Positions 11,580 to 24,985 of a stretch of DNA of 64,000 bases are shown here, one piece after another (positions within the stretch are counted from its first letter, which is position 1; each line of letters begins with the position of its first letter). The notes under the pieces are model-generated. The model saw nothing but the letters and a program-made list of their open reading frames with translations, was not told where the DNA came from and ran no database searches. The translations under genes and the position numbers were made by a program. The stretch covers positions 179,118,001 through 179,182,000 of the forward strand of contig OZ024740.1 in the NCBI GenBank assembly GCA_964016885.1, written 5' to 3'. The DNA is from Eledone cirrhosa. Its lineage: Eukaryota.

Positions 11580-14500
11580 TATAATTTCAAATTTTTACCA
11601 ATAGAGAGAGAGAGAGAGAGTCGGTTTCTAACATAGACACAAGACTCTCTCATTGGAAATTACACAACATCAACTAGGTAGATTATGTATGCATGCCTGC
11701 ATGCATGCATGTGTAGATATGGATGTTATTGTATGTGTGGATGTGGATGTTTTGAGTTGTATGTGTGCATATATATATGCAGTTATTAGATGCAAAACTT
11801 TTGGAATGTTTTACATATTTTTACTGTTCTATTAATGGATTGTACTTGTAATTTCCTAACTAGTTGTGTTCTTTCTGTTCCTGTGAAGCCTAGCTTCTCA
11901 AGATTTGTATTGAGGCAGTTACTAACATACCCCAGTGCCCCAATAATCACAGGCATAAATCTGAAGGTGTAATCAGGGTGGAGTATCTGGAGATTTCTCA
12001 TAAGTTCTGCATAAATATTCTTCTTTTCACTAATCTTTGATATTATATTGGCATCTGTGGGCAGCTAACTTCCACTACTGTGCATGCTTTCTTTTCCATG
12101 TCCCATATCATAATATCTGGTCTGTTATGCCAGCATTTTATTGGGTTTTTTACTGGAACATTCCACTAGTACCCTTTCATATTATGTATATGGATGTCTT
12201 CCACATTGCTGTAGATTTTAATGTGTTTATTATCGGGTCTATCTTTTCTACAGATTGTATTGTACAGTGTTTTGGCCACTACATCATGCCTCATAGGTAG
12301 ATAGTACCGCGATGACATCTTTGGACAGCTGCTTATGACATGAGTGACATCTTCGATGTTAATTCTGCAGAGTCTGCACTTGATATCACATCTAGGTGTT
12401 TTGCCTGCATCCCTATCTCTTTTGTGTATCAGGTATTTCGTGTTAATTTCCTGTTCCTGGATTGCAAAAGCGTATTCTTCAAAGTGGGGGCCAATATAGT
12501 GGTTGTTGGTCCAAGATAGACTACTTTACTCATCTATATTACTCTCACTCTGGAGCTTCCTGGCAACATATCCACGCATGAATTTTTGCTGATAAGCATG
12601 CAGTTTTTCGTTCATGGATTCACTGCGATACTGCTAAGCGACTCCCCTGGGTGAGTTTTCGATTATCACACAGAGAATATCTCTCGAGGAGTTCCTTCCC
12701 AACTCTCATGATCTTATGTGTTTCATGCAGATATACTTGCTCGAGAGATGGGCTCCTACGCTTCGAGGTTCGTAGATGTCGGGGAGATATGATGCGACAT
12801 TCAAATGCTTTCTGGACTGATGTTAGGCCTTGCCTCCCTGCTTACGTTTCAAGTAAAGGCGGTCTATGTCACTGTTGATGTGGAAGTTTCCGGTGTTGTT
12901 TAGTATTTTTCGAGTTCCAACATCAACTGCTCGGATTTCGTCTATCGTCTAATTGAGTATTCCAAACGTTGGTGTTAGGACAGGCACAGCATTGTGAGCC
13001 ACTGTTTTGTTTTGCGCAGAGAGTTCAGATGACCAAATCTTTCTTAATCGGGTGTAGTATTCCCTGGTTACGCGTTGCTTATTACAGATACCATTATAGG
13101 ATATGTTCTCATCTATCCCCAGGTATCTGTAGCAGTCCTCATCAGATATCGGTGAAACAGTTAGGCCATTGATGACAATGTTGCTAGATTGGGTTGTTGT
13201 TTTTCCCCCGCTTTACAGTCATATATGAGCATTTATCTCGACCAAACTCCATTCCTATATCCTTTGAGAACGTTGTAACCAGGTTAAGATTTTTCTTCAT
13301 CTCATCCATCATCTTGGCATAGAGTTTCAGATTATCTACACAAAAATTATGGGTTAGGTTGGTATTTCTGTCCTCCTGTGAGCCAATGATATATCCTTCA
13401 CATTTCTTGAGCAGAAAGGACAAAGGGTTTAATGACAGGATGAATAATATCACAGAGAGACTGTCTCCCTGAAATATACCCCTGCGATATTTTATATTAT
13501 CAGTGAAAATAGAGTCCTCCCTCTCTGTCTTTAACCTTAGGATATTAGCCCAAGAAGAAGACAGCCTCTCTGTGGCTCTGATAATAATGTCTGAGACTTT
13601 AGCAAGCTGGAGGGCCTCTATTATCCAAGAGTGGGGAACAGAATCGAAAGCTTTCCTGTAGTCCAGCTAGACTGTAGCCATATTCCTCCCAAGTTGTCTC
13701 ACCTCCGACATCGCAGTTTTGTTGACTAGGAGTTGTTCAGCACTTCCCAAACCCCTTTCGTTCCAGCTGCTTGTTTATTTGTTATGATGTTATTATTTTC
13801 ACAGTGATGTTGGAGAAATAGGTTCAGTCAGGCTGTATACATCTTATACATCAGGTTCTGTCATTCAATGGGTCGATAGTTTTTTGCCAAGTGGGTGTCT
13901 TTGTTCTTGGGCACTAGTAATGTTTGTGCTAATGTCAACCATTCTGGTATAAGTGTATCTCCCTTAAGAACTTGTTGGTAGAGGTCAGTAAGATACCTCC
14001 GATAGAATATCAGGTTTTTGTACCAGTAGTCGACAATCATGTCTCTTCCTGGTGTTTTCTTATCTTCGAGTTTTCCTATCATAGTCTCAAGGGTACCCTC
14101 ACTTATTTTGTATGTTTTTGTTGTAGTGTAGGAGCAATAGTTCTTTCGGATTTCTTTTAGCCACACATCTTCGTTGAAATTCTTCTTTTCACCCCATATT
14201 TTTCTCTAAAAGAAATCTATGTCTTTTTGGGATGGGGCCTCAGTGACACTTATTATTTTGCCCTTCCTATCTCTATAGACTGATGTTTGTTTTACTCTGA
14301 ATCTTTTATTAAGCACTTTTCCTTCATCTACCTTCTATGGGCGTTTTTCGCTAACAGCTCTCAATTCTTGTTTGAGGGTGATCAGCTTATATTGAAAAGT
14401 TCTGGTTCTACTGTTACCAAACACCGTCTCTATTTTATTTTTCACTCTTTGTTGGTGAGGAGTGAGTTTTTTTGTGTTTGTTTGCATGTAAGGAGCATTG

Positions 14501-14940
14501 TCACATATCCTATCGTTTTTCGTAGGTCGGCAATCTTTTTTTCTATTTTAGTTATATAAGATGGTATTTTTGGTGGTGTTTTGTTCTTGTTAATATCTCT
14601 GCTATCACCAAGATAATGCTTCACTGTCGTTGCTAAGGCAGATAAACAGGGGTTGATTTGCCAATATGTTGGGGTTTTATCCATCGTTAATATTCATCCC
14701 CTATTTCGTCAATTACACGTAATATTTCATTATTTGTTGTTGTTTTTTTTTTTATTAAATATTGTTGTTTAAATACGTTCAGCAAGAGAGATATTTATAC
14801 ATGAATTAATTTCTCTCTGGAAGATTTCGTTGAGGGAAATTTTCAATTGTTTATACTTTCGATTATTATCATTATCGATAGTATTTTTCCACAATAGACG
14901 AGGTAGACTCGGATCGTACACGTGGTATCAAATTTCTTCG
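11580..14940 (-). mobile_element. R4/Dong-like non-LTR retrotransposon (RT, CCHC, REL), 3' portion, decayed
   Basis: PGRD, NYRPI, WLDYRKAFDSVPH, RGIFQGDSLS, FCVDNLKLYA, CRLCR..EDVTHVISSC, RPDIMIWD, PVIIGALG across frameshifts. Confidence 0.88.
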
Positions 14941-14979
<39 letters not shown>

Positions 14980-15197
14980 GAATGCTATGGTTGACGGAGG
15001 CTCGGCTCTGTAAGGTATTGTAAATTTTGACCGCTATAACAATTGTAAATTGTTTAAAACTTTAACCAACTTGTAGACAAAAACACCCTCCTCCTCGTGA
15101 GAGGGGTCTTTCTGCTCGTTATTTGGCCCTTCGGGGTTAAATAACCGCTTATTGAGGTTTTGTGCCCAATATTTATTTTAAACAAAAAAAAAACAAC

Positions 15198-16935
15198 ATG
15201 GCTACGAAAAAGAATTTTCATAGGTCACTCCCACTCATTCCGTCTTCTTCTTCTTCAATCGTCACTACAGCAGAGAGAAGATTGTCTCTCTCCCTCCCTT
15301 CTTTAAATGTGTCTCTCTCCCTCCCTTCTCTTTCGCAAGCGACGACAGAAAAGAAAAGTCTCGTGCAAAGCGTGCAAGATTTCTCCACGACAACGACGAC
15401 AACGACGAAACAGGTGTGCGGGAAATACGAAAACCCATTTCATTCGTCTGACGTCAGGAATAATAGCAGTAGCAGCCGTAATAACAACAGCAACAGTGAC
15501 AAGGAAAACAACAGTAGCAGCCGCAACAGCATCAGCAGCAGCATAAACAACAACAGCATTAGCAGCAGCAGCAACAACAACAACAACCACAGCAACAGCG
15601 GCGGCGGCAGTAGTCGTAGTACCTGCAGCAGCAACAAAAGTAACAGCAGCTCTGACGACAACAACAACAACAACAGCAGCAAAGAAAAACCAATTTCGTT
15701 TGCAGGTATCGCAAAGAACCTGGAAACCAACCTCATAACAAATGAGGAATTAGAGGAAGCGAAGAAGATGGTGACAAAAACTGGACACCGAGCAATCTGC
15801 AAGGCAGCGGAAACATTTTTCGAAACCCAACAGCACTGTACGGTCACGTACCGTACAGTAAGTACAAAATCCCGTAGGGTTGAAAGAGCCACAGAGGCTC
15901 AAATACAAAAAGCCTTGGGGTCTGTGTGGCAGCGGAAAACGCACATCACCCGAGGCAAGAAATATGCCACCGTAGACGTACTTTTTGCCACACCCCAGGA
16001 GGCAAAGGCTCAATCCTTAGTGACCCTAAGGAGCGAGGAAATGGTGTTGGTGCCCTCCTACTGCGGGCAAAAAATTGTGAGGGTCAAACTGACCCACGTC
16101 CCCCCCGGAATGGCCCCTTCTTGGCTGGCCGCATCTGTCCTCGTCGGAATCGAGGACAAAACAACTGTACTGCAAGTACAGAAAAAAGTAAGAGAAGATT
16201 GGGTCGGCACCTCCATTGAGGTGCTAATCCAAACCAACCAGGAGTGCATCGAAGCTATCCCGGATGTGATAGACTTCGATAACGGCACTCAACTGCCCAT
16301 AGTGTTGAAGGCAAACGCCCGAAATGCTTTCGCTGTGGATCGAAGACTCACCTCAGGGCCTTCTGCAACGAGAAGACCCTGAGAAAGGAGAAAACCCCCC
16401 TCCTTCCGAAACCGGCTCCACGGCTACCAGCAACAGGACAAGCGGCAACCAGGAACGATAGGTCCGTGGCACCCATACCCACGCCACGGAAATAAAAAAC
16501 AGCAGAAGCAGTGGAAGTATTAACAACAACAACAGCAATACCAAATGCAGCTGCAACAGAGACTCCAGTGAAAACATCACCAACAACAACAAGTGAAAGA
16601 GTGGAGCTGGTACCCCTCCCCGACCTCACAGAATCAGGGAGTGTGAGGTGGGAGAGGGATGGCGAAAGGTCGTAAGAAGGCACAAACGCAGAAGCAGCGC
16701 ATCGTCGCCTTTGAAAAGGGAGGAAAGAAATGAAAAAAGGGTAAAGGCTATTGCAAAGAGATTCACAGCAGCAACACCACCAACACCATCACCACCCACA
16801 CTAGCACCACCATCACCACCGGCGACAACCCCCACCGCCAACAACAACAACACCTTCAACACCACCACCAAAAGCACCAACATCGCAAACACAACAACAA
16901 AACACACACACCCAGCAACAACGACAAGAAAATAG
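15198..16935 (+). pseudogene. Tx1 ORF1 (gag-like, Ser/Asn-rich N-terminus, zinc knuckle), frameshifted
   Basis: After a frameshift near 16307 the frame reads GKRPKCFRCGSKTHLRAFC (CX2CX4HX4C); homologous to ORF1 at 33712-35232. Confidence 0.75.
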
Positions 16936-17343
16936 CAGAACCACACCCCACCCCCAGAAAAACAAATGCACGGCAATAAATACACACAACAAGAAACTAA
17001 TGACTTACATAATTGAACACACAGACTTTTCACAACACGACTACATAATACCAGCACCAATCAAAACGCCAACTAACATAAGACTGCTAAAAATAACACA
17101 GAAACAATACACAAACATTAAAACGAAATTCCCCAACGCAGTTGGTTATTTCAGAGACCTAGGAGGGACTCTCAATCGAAGAGTATATTCGGACATACTC
17201 ATAGAAGAGCCGACGACCAGCCGAAGGGACGATTCAACGGTCCCTTCACCAGACGATCAAGTGAAAAGGGATGGAAAAACCATCCCTCCTCTACGAAAAG
17301 TACGGTAAGTGGTCTTTCCCATCTTTTCCACTCTATTTTAAAC

Positions 17344-20300
17344 ATGACCTCACTCAGAATAGGCAGCATAAATGCGCGTGGCTTGGGGTCGTCATGGAAG
17401 CAGGGCCAGCTGCTCAACGACCTCAGGTCACTAAACATAGATGTAGTGGCCATCAGCGAGACCAGAATCTCCGAAGCACGGGCCTTCGCACCGATCTTCA
17501 GCGGCTACGATGTGTACGCATCTCCCAGCCGTCCTGGATCGGAGGGAAGAGTTACTGTGCTTTTTCAGAGAGGTTTGGATCTCGCCATACGGGCCATCTT
17601 CCTGGACCCAGAGGGTAAGTTGGTGGTGCTAGACGTGACCATCGGAGACGGGCAAGCTTTCAGGTTAGTGGCCGTCTATGCCCCGACAGGAGCAGGGCGG
17701 CCTGATTTCTCCTGGCGTCTGGACACCTTTCTTGGAACGGCCCGCTCTTTAGTGTTAGTGGTCGACTGGAACGGGATCTTAGATGCACGCTGGGACTGTG
17801 TGGGATTAGCGGATACGGGTGGAGGGTGCAAGAGCCTCACCAACCTGCTCAGGCGTTTTGAACTGTCTGACAGGTACCGATTGGATTTCCCGAATGTGCC
17901 AATGTGGACTTGGACAAATCGCATAGGGTCATCCAGATCATATCTAAATAGAGTATTTTGTAGGGAAATAGATAGGTCTAGCATAGGCTGTCCACAATTC
18001 AAGATAGTCATCTACACGGACCACAAATTCGTGATCTGTGTGCTTGACTTAGATAGGCTTCATAGACGAGGACCCAGCTACTGGAAGCTAAACGCGTCCT
18101 TACCAACGCGCAAGGCCTTCATAGACCGGATTAGCGAACTAGTTAAGCGGGCGTTGACGGGGGCCATCGTCAACAACAAGTGGTGGTTTGCTCTGAAAAG
18201 AGCGATTAGAATAGAATCCATTATGTTTAGTAAGGCTTTAGCAATAGAGAAAAATAGAGCAGAGGGAGAACTAGTTAGAAAATTAGACGAGGCGCTTAGC
18301 AAAGGCATTGCGACCGACGTGCTTGCGGCGAAATTGGCCCTTGACCAATTCTTCAATGCAAAGCACGAAGGCTGCGTTGTCAGAGCTAGGGTGCGTGCTC
18401 TCAGACACGAGGGGACGAAAGCCGTTCAATGGGCCCGAGTGGCGGAGGCGCGTCCTGGCAACAAAGCCACGATCCGGTCTTTGGTGGACCACGACGGGCG
18501 CATGCTACTCGATCCCGGGAAAATGTGTGAAGCTTTTCAGCGACACTTCACTCAGCTGTTCGGGGGCAGCGGTGGGCCGGGTCGAGGGGTGGACTTTAGT
18601 GTCTACCTCGACGGACTGCCGCGGCTCTCGGCCACTGAGGCGGAGTGTTGCGAAAAGCCGATAACAGCCGCTGAAGTAAGGGAAGCAATGACTGGCTGCA
18701 CAAGGGGTAAATGGCCTGGTTTGGATGGTCTGCCCTATGAACTTTACGTACAGATGCCAGACTTGTTCGGAGACCTCTTGGCGGACGTCTACTGCAACTG
18801 GCAACAGAACGGGAGAATTCCCAGTTCTGTGAGCCAAGGAGCGGTGGCACTGCTGAGAAAGGATCCGAATAAGGGGGATAACATAGATAATTTCAGCCCT
18901 ATAACTCTGCTAAACACAGAGTTCAAGATTTTGGCCAAGGTGCTAGCAAAGAGGTTGGCGCTTGTCTTTGGTGGTCTGGTGGGAGAGGCACAGATATGCG
19001 CCATTCCCGACAGATCCATCCACGACAACCTCCAGCTCATGCGATACATCGTAGAGAGGGTAGCTAGGGAACCTGGCACGGGTGGGTGCTTGATCAATTT
19101 AGATCAGTCGAAAGCTTTCGATAGGGTCGACCATCGTTACCTAGCGGCAGTCCTGAGGGCGGCTGGCTTTGGGCCCGTCTTCAGAGGCTGGATCGCTGCC
19201 ATGCACAGCGACATCTGCTCTGTGGTGAGAGTAAATGGTCACCTTTCGGAACCGTTCAACATCATGCGCTCGGTCCGCCAAGGATGTCCCCTCTCGTCCC
19301 TCTTGTACGCATTGACTCTCGAGCCATTACTGCACAAACTGGAGACGTTGAGGGGCGTCCCGCGCGAACTAGGATGCGGAATATCCGTGTCAGCATATGC
19401 GGACGATGTCACCGTAGTGGTGTCGAACGCCAAACACATCGAGGCGATCGGCACTACACTAAGAGAATACGAAGCGGTGACAGGAGCAATGATCAACCAG
19501 GAAAAGTCAGTTGGCCTGCAGCTCGGCACCTGGAGAGGCAGGTCCATGCCGTCCAACAGCGTCGTCGGACGCTGGACTGACGGACTGGTTAAATTGCTAG
19601 GGGCCTGGTTCGATCCGGACCTCCAGACGGACAAAAACTGGGACGAGGTGACGAGCAGGGTGGCTTCTCTCACCCAGAAATGGGCGGAGAGGAAGCTATC
19701 CCTGAAAGGTCGAGTGGAGGTGGCTAACGCGTACATCGCGTCTGTCATCTGCTACCGCCTGACCGTCGTACCTTGTCCTAAGCCTCGCCTGACTGCGCTG
19801 GAGCGTTTGCTCTTTCGCTTTTTGTGGAAGGGACGCGCTCATTGGTCAGGCGGTCCATCTGTTGTCAACACCCGCTACGTGGAGGGCTGGGCATGCCGTG
19901 GCTGATGATGCGCAGGCACGCGCTCAGGCTACGACATCTCCACCTCTTCCTCGACGGTGATCAGGTGTGGTCGCCGTTTGCTAGACACGTATTTCCCCAG
20001 CTCGTTTCCTTGACGGAACTGCAGTCCTGGGTCAAGCGAAGACCGAGAGGGAGCGCCTGGAGACTGGAATGTCTTCAGGCGCTCACAGCCCTCGACCAAT
20101 CGGGCAATGTGATCGGTGGAACTCCACCTCGGCCTTCTATAGAGGATTAGTGGAGGGGAAGAGCGACGACGTACTTGGGGAAACTCTAGGCGTCGACGAA
20201 AATCAACTAGCCAATCTCTTCGGAAGAACTTTTGGGCCAGGGCCTATGGACAACTTCCAGAAATCTCTGGCCTGTCAGTGCTACCGAGGAGCCTTGCCAG

Positions 20301-20762
20301 TTCGGGATAAACTCTACAGGCATGGAGGTGCCGTCAGCCGGGCATGTCCGAGATGCGCGCAGGGCGACGAAACCGTCCTGCACGCACTCGTCCAGTGTCC
20401 GAAAATTGCTGACTTGTGGGTTTATGTCGAATACCTGCTGTCGCGTGTAGGACGGATCCGGCTATCATCTGAGTCCATCGTGAGGATTGCCCCGCCCTCC
20501 TCCTTTAGCCGGGAAGGGCAGGCAGTTTTTATCTGTCTGGTGGCCATGGCGAAAGAGATAGTATGGTGGACACGTTTGAAAGGGCTGAAGACGAGCACCT
20601 TACCTCTTCGGTGATGCCCTGATTGACATTTTCAAATTTCATTTGAAAAGGAAAATCAGAGTAGAGAGGGAAGTGCTCTTTTCCCAGCATTTTGTTGAAA
20701 GATGGGTGAGAGAAGCAAGTATGGCCCGAATGAATGGGCCTTCTCTGAGTATGTGTCTGTAA
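17344..20762 (+). pseudogene. Tx1 ORF2 (APE endonuclease, reverse transcriptase, C-terminal Cys motif), frameshifts after ~19830
   Basis: SINARGL, SETR, VYAP, TDH, YWKLN, PGLDG, LLNTEFKILAK, LDQSKAFD, QGCPLS, YADD, CPRC..ETVLHALVQC. Confidence 0.93.
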
Positions 20763-21004
20763 ATTAAAGGTGGAAAACTGGGAGAGGGCACTTGCCCTGG
20801 TGGTCAGGGCCACTGTGGTCTTTTAATGGGCTTTCTCCACAAATGTCCCTTGGAAGTCTCCCCTCTATTGGGGAATTTTTCTTTGTTATTTTATTTCAAC
20901 CTCTGTTTTTTTACACGCAGAAATGCCCATTTGTACCGTCCTGTATTGTCCTGTACTGTCCTTAATGTCTACTTTATGTGAACCCTTGTGGTTAATAAAG
21001 AAAA

Positions 21005-21061
<57 letters not shown>

Positions 21062-21600
21062 CGATAGTGTTTTCCCCAGCATTCGAGGTAGACTTAGATG
21101 GTGCACGTGGTATCAAGTTTCTTACAGGCATAGTTTTTTCAAGGCACTGTTCGACCTGGCTGCTAGGAAGTCTAGTAGTATGGCTACCTGTAGCACCTGT
21201 TGTTGATCGCATGTTTGTTGTGGGGCACTTACAATTAATCATATATATCTTATTTTTACGTTCAACAAGCGTCGCTTGTTGACGTAATTGTTTCTCTGTG
21301 AAGTGATTTAGCTCTGGGTGCATTTCGTCCCAGTGTAGCTTCATTCTGTTCATATAGCCAATGGAGGGATTGTTTTTTGCCATTTTATAACAATTAAATA
21401 AATCCTCATTAAGTTCGCAACTCCAACAGAAATGCGACTTTTAATTTCGGTTTCTTCTGTAGCTACAACTGAATAAATTTTGTTTACCTTTCTCGTTATT
21501 TTTCTTCGGTACTTCCTTAATGTTGTTGTTGTTGAAGTTGTGTTCAGCCATGCTGTTTGTAGCAAATCCTTGTAAAATGAATTATGTATTTCGTCGGATA
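21062..21600 (-). mobile_element. 5' part of the R4/Dong-like element interrupted by the Tx1 insertion
   Basis: GYMNRMKLHWDEMHPELNHFTEKQLRQQA resembles the N-terminal region of this element type; shares a ~65-bp repeat with 14872-14940; same orientation as 11580-14940. Confidence 0.65.
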
Positions 21601-21889
21601 TCTCTACGAATTCGAATAAAAGGTGCCTTCAGTAGATATAGTTAGAAGAATATCCAGTTATTCAAAATGACTGGTAGTTGTGGCATTATTGTCGGAGAAA
21701 GTATTCATCTTAAATTTAATGAATAGTTTCCCACACCAAAATATGCGACTGATCGCGTTGACTGACTATGTATGTATGTATGTATGTATGTATGTATGTA
21801 TGTATGTATGTATGTATGTATGTATGTATGTATGTATGTATGCGTGTCTGTGTGTGCGTGCGTACGTGCGTGAATGTATGCTCAGAAAC

Positions 21890-22380
21890 AATTATTTTAT
21901 AAATTTTCAGCAACTGAGCGCCGGTTTCTAACATAGATACATGTCTCCTTTATTGGAATTTAGACAACATCAGCTAGATAAATACGTATGTGTGTATATA
22001 TATGTATGTAGGTATGTGTGTTATTGTATGTGTGGACCTGCATGTTTTAAGTTATATTTGTACATATGCGTGTTTCTGTGTCTATACATGTGTATAAGCA
22101 GTTATTACATGCAGAATTTCTGAAATTATTTACATATATTTACAGTTTCATTAATTGCCTGTACTTGCAAATTCATAAATAAACTCTTCTTTCTGGTTCT
22201 GTGAAGCCTAGCTTCTGAAGATTTGTAGTGAGGAAGTTAGTAATATATGGAAGAGCCCCAATGACACATGTATAAATCTAAAGGTAAAGTGAGTGATGAT
22301 TATCTGCAGATACCTCATTAGTTCAGCATAAATGTCCTCCTTTTCACTGAGCTTTAGCATTATACTGACATGTGCGCAAC
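21890..22380 (-). mobile_element. Second, older 3' fragment of the same R4/Dong-like family
   Basis: Homologous to 11580-12040 (YAELMRYLQI, ggtttctaacataga end). Confidence 0.8.
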
Positions 22381-23099
22381 CTCCAGGGAACACCCTCTTT
22401 CCATCCTAAGGCTGCGCAAAGCTAACTGGAAAAGGATTCAGAAAGAGAACCTGAACAAAACTTGGCCCGACACTGTCTCTATGCAAGATAGTTACATAAA
22501 ACGTAAGATTTTCATAATAACAATGCAAGCTATATGCATTAAATATGCTACATAAGGAAAGGTCAACAAACAAACATAATTTCCAGAGATAGAAAAATCC
22601 TTGACACGAAGAACGAAGATATCAAATCGATTAAATGTGCAATTAAAGGTACTAAAAGTTCTATTTGGAGCGGACACTCCATGAAAAGCAGTGGGTAGAA
22701 AGATAATTCAGGGGTGTATAAGATATAAAACAAACCCTAAAGCCTTATTTAAATTGCAACAATGCCTGCTTCAGTAATCTACAATATGGAGCCACGGTTC
22801 CATGAAAAAGGCTCATTCACAGGAGACACTGCATGTTTAATACACACAGAAATGGCAACCATCATTAACACAAATATGAAAAACGAAAATGCTATATCAG
22901 ACATAGACGAAACATGTTCAAATTCAACTACCGGCTCTGTTAGATTCTCAGCAATCTATCTAAAGCATAAACACGAGCCGGGAAATGACTTGGGGACCAC
23001 AGTTGAGAAAAAAATGACATTAAGAATTGCGATGAATAATATTATATCTGTTTTGATTATTTCTATGCATAGGTGGACAATATGCTTTGTGTCTATATA

Positions 23100-23250
23100 A
23101 GTTCTGACTTCAAATCCTCCCGAAATTGTCTTTGTCTTTCATCCTTATAGGGTCAATAAATAAAGGACCAATAACGCACTGGGATCGATTTAATCGATTT
23201 TCTCATGCCTCAATTGTGTTATCTTTCTGCCAAAACCAGAAACCATTATA
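23100..23250 (+). mobile_element. Partial tRNA-derived SINE
   Basis: gttctgacttcaaatcctcc...tttgtctttcatcctt...agaaaccattat matches the SINE body and tail. Confidence 0.6.
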
Positions 23251-23449
23251 TTTATGCATGGGTGTGTGATTTAGGGTATAGTTCAGAGGAACGTGATTAT
23301 TTCTTATAATTTATGTCAATTGTGGTGGGTATATGGAAGGCTAAGTCGAATTTAGGAGTATGGGCGGTATTTATTTGAGTTCGTGGATAGTGTTGCAGTT
23401 TAGTCGTTATGTCGTTATGTGCGAATTTATGTTATTTATCAGTTAGGGT

Positions 23450-23529
<80 letters not shown>

Positions 23530-23571
23530 GGTGTTTATGTTATTTATGACTTAAGGTTATATGTATATACA

Positions 23572-23609
<38 letters not shown>

Positions 23610-23896
23610 CATATGGCAATATATGTTTATATATAAATGTCAGTGAAATAGAAATAATAATATAGTGCCTAAGTAAACCTAAAACCAAAAGGAATTACAC
23701 CAAAATAAGGACATAAAACATCTGATAATGACGCATTGTAAACATGTTAGACACATAACAGACATGTAAATACACACACACACACATCAGATACATTATC
23801 ATATGCATAGTTGCACACATGTATATATACATAAATACACACACAGACATATATATATATATGTATGATAATATATATATATATACGTATGATTAT

Positions 23897-23954
<58 letters not shown>

Positions 23955-24704
23955 CTCCGAACGTGTATAACATATACATTATTTTATGGTTTTATTGAAG
24001 AAATAGTGATTTATGTCGAGACGGAGGATTTCAAAGCAAAAGGAAATACAAAAACACAACAAAAACACAAAAAGGCAGTATGCTAGATTTCCGTCACCAT
24101 AACATTTGCCATTGCTCACCATAAACAACGAATTCAGTCGTGTGTAACCATATTTGCTTTGGTAATGATTTTATGCTAGATTACAACCGAAAAAGTTATA
24201 CTTTAAGGGTAAAATTATAAATAAATAAATAAATAAGATCAAAACATACAAATATATGAAACAAAACAATCCCGATGAAATGAATATAAAAAGATGAAAA
24301 ACATTTGTTATTATATTATAGAGTTTTTGTCATAACTTTTGGTGTGCTTTTGAAGAATTATGTTGTATTATTGTTTGAAACTATTGTTATTGTTTAAATC
24401 AACAACAAAAATCTCAATGTTTTTTATACTTATTTTATCGGCGCTGGAAACATGAAAGATGAAAGTTGATGTCGACAGGTTTTGAACACATAACGTTAAG
24501 GGCCCGAACAAATACGTAAATTGTTATTTTCCCCAACGTTGTAACGCTATGCTGTTCCACCAGCCTGACAGCAATAATGAGAATAGTTTCGGGGATGGGA
24601 AAAGTCGAATGTGAATGAAAGAAAAAATGATCTTATGAGTGAAAACCTCAACTCAATATCAATCATATTATCTGTGTAATTAACAGTCTCAACCATAACA
24701 TATA

Positions 24705-24985
24705 ACCTAGTTGTAGTGTGTTAGATTTACGATCATAATGTCGTGGGTTCGATTCCTGGACGCGGTTGTGAGTTGCGTTCTTGAGCAAGACATGTCATTT
24801 AATGTTGTTGCAATATAATCAGCTGAGAATGAATAACAATAGTAGCTGGGGGTTTACATTTGCGATGAACTGGCGTCCTGTCCAGAGAAAATCTTGTACC
24901 CTCAGTCGTGTCATGCCACGGAAACCAGGATAAGAATCGACCTGATGAGACTCCGAGCTCGAGACAGACTTTTGACTTAGACAAA
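24705..24985 (+). mobile_element. tRNA-derived SINE of a second family (Meta/V-like central domain)
   Basis: B-box gggttcgattcc, ttgagcaagaca, tgcgatgaactggcgtcctgtccag, tcatgccacggaaaccaggataag. Confidence 0.6.

Larger units (their letters stand above)
14980..21006 (+). mobile_element. Apparently full-length Tx1-clade L1 retrotransposon flanked by (ATT)n on both sides
   Basis: ORF1 with CCHC knuckle and ORF2 with APE, RT and zinc motif; (ATT)n at 14941-14979 and 21006-21061. Confidence 0.92.

Noticed and set aside
14872-14940. ~65-bp similarity with 21058-21125 as a Tx1 target-site duplication
   Set aside because: Too long and too diverged for a fairly intact Tx1; better explained as an internal repeat of the interrupted Dong-like ORF
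17676-19748. Antisense and alternative-frame ORFs within Tx1 ORF2
   Set aside because: Shadow ORFs of GC-rich coding sequence
24705-24780. tRNA gene
   Set aside because: B-box present but no complete cloverleaf; continues into a SINE body
24941-24975. ctgatgag as a hammerhead core
   Set aside because: No downstream GAAA or stem III; part of the SINE 3' region
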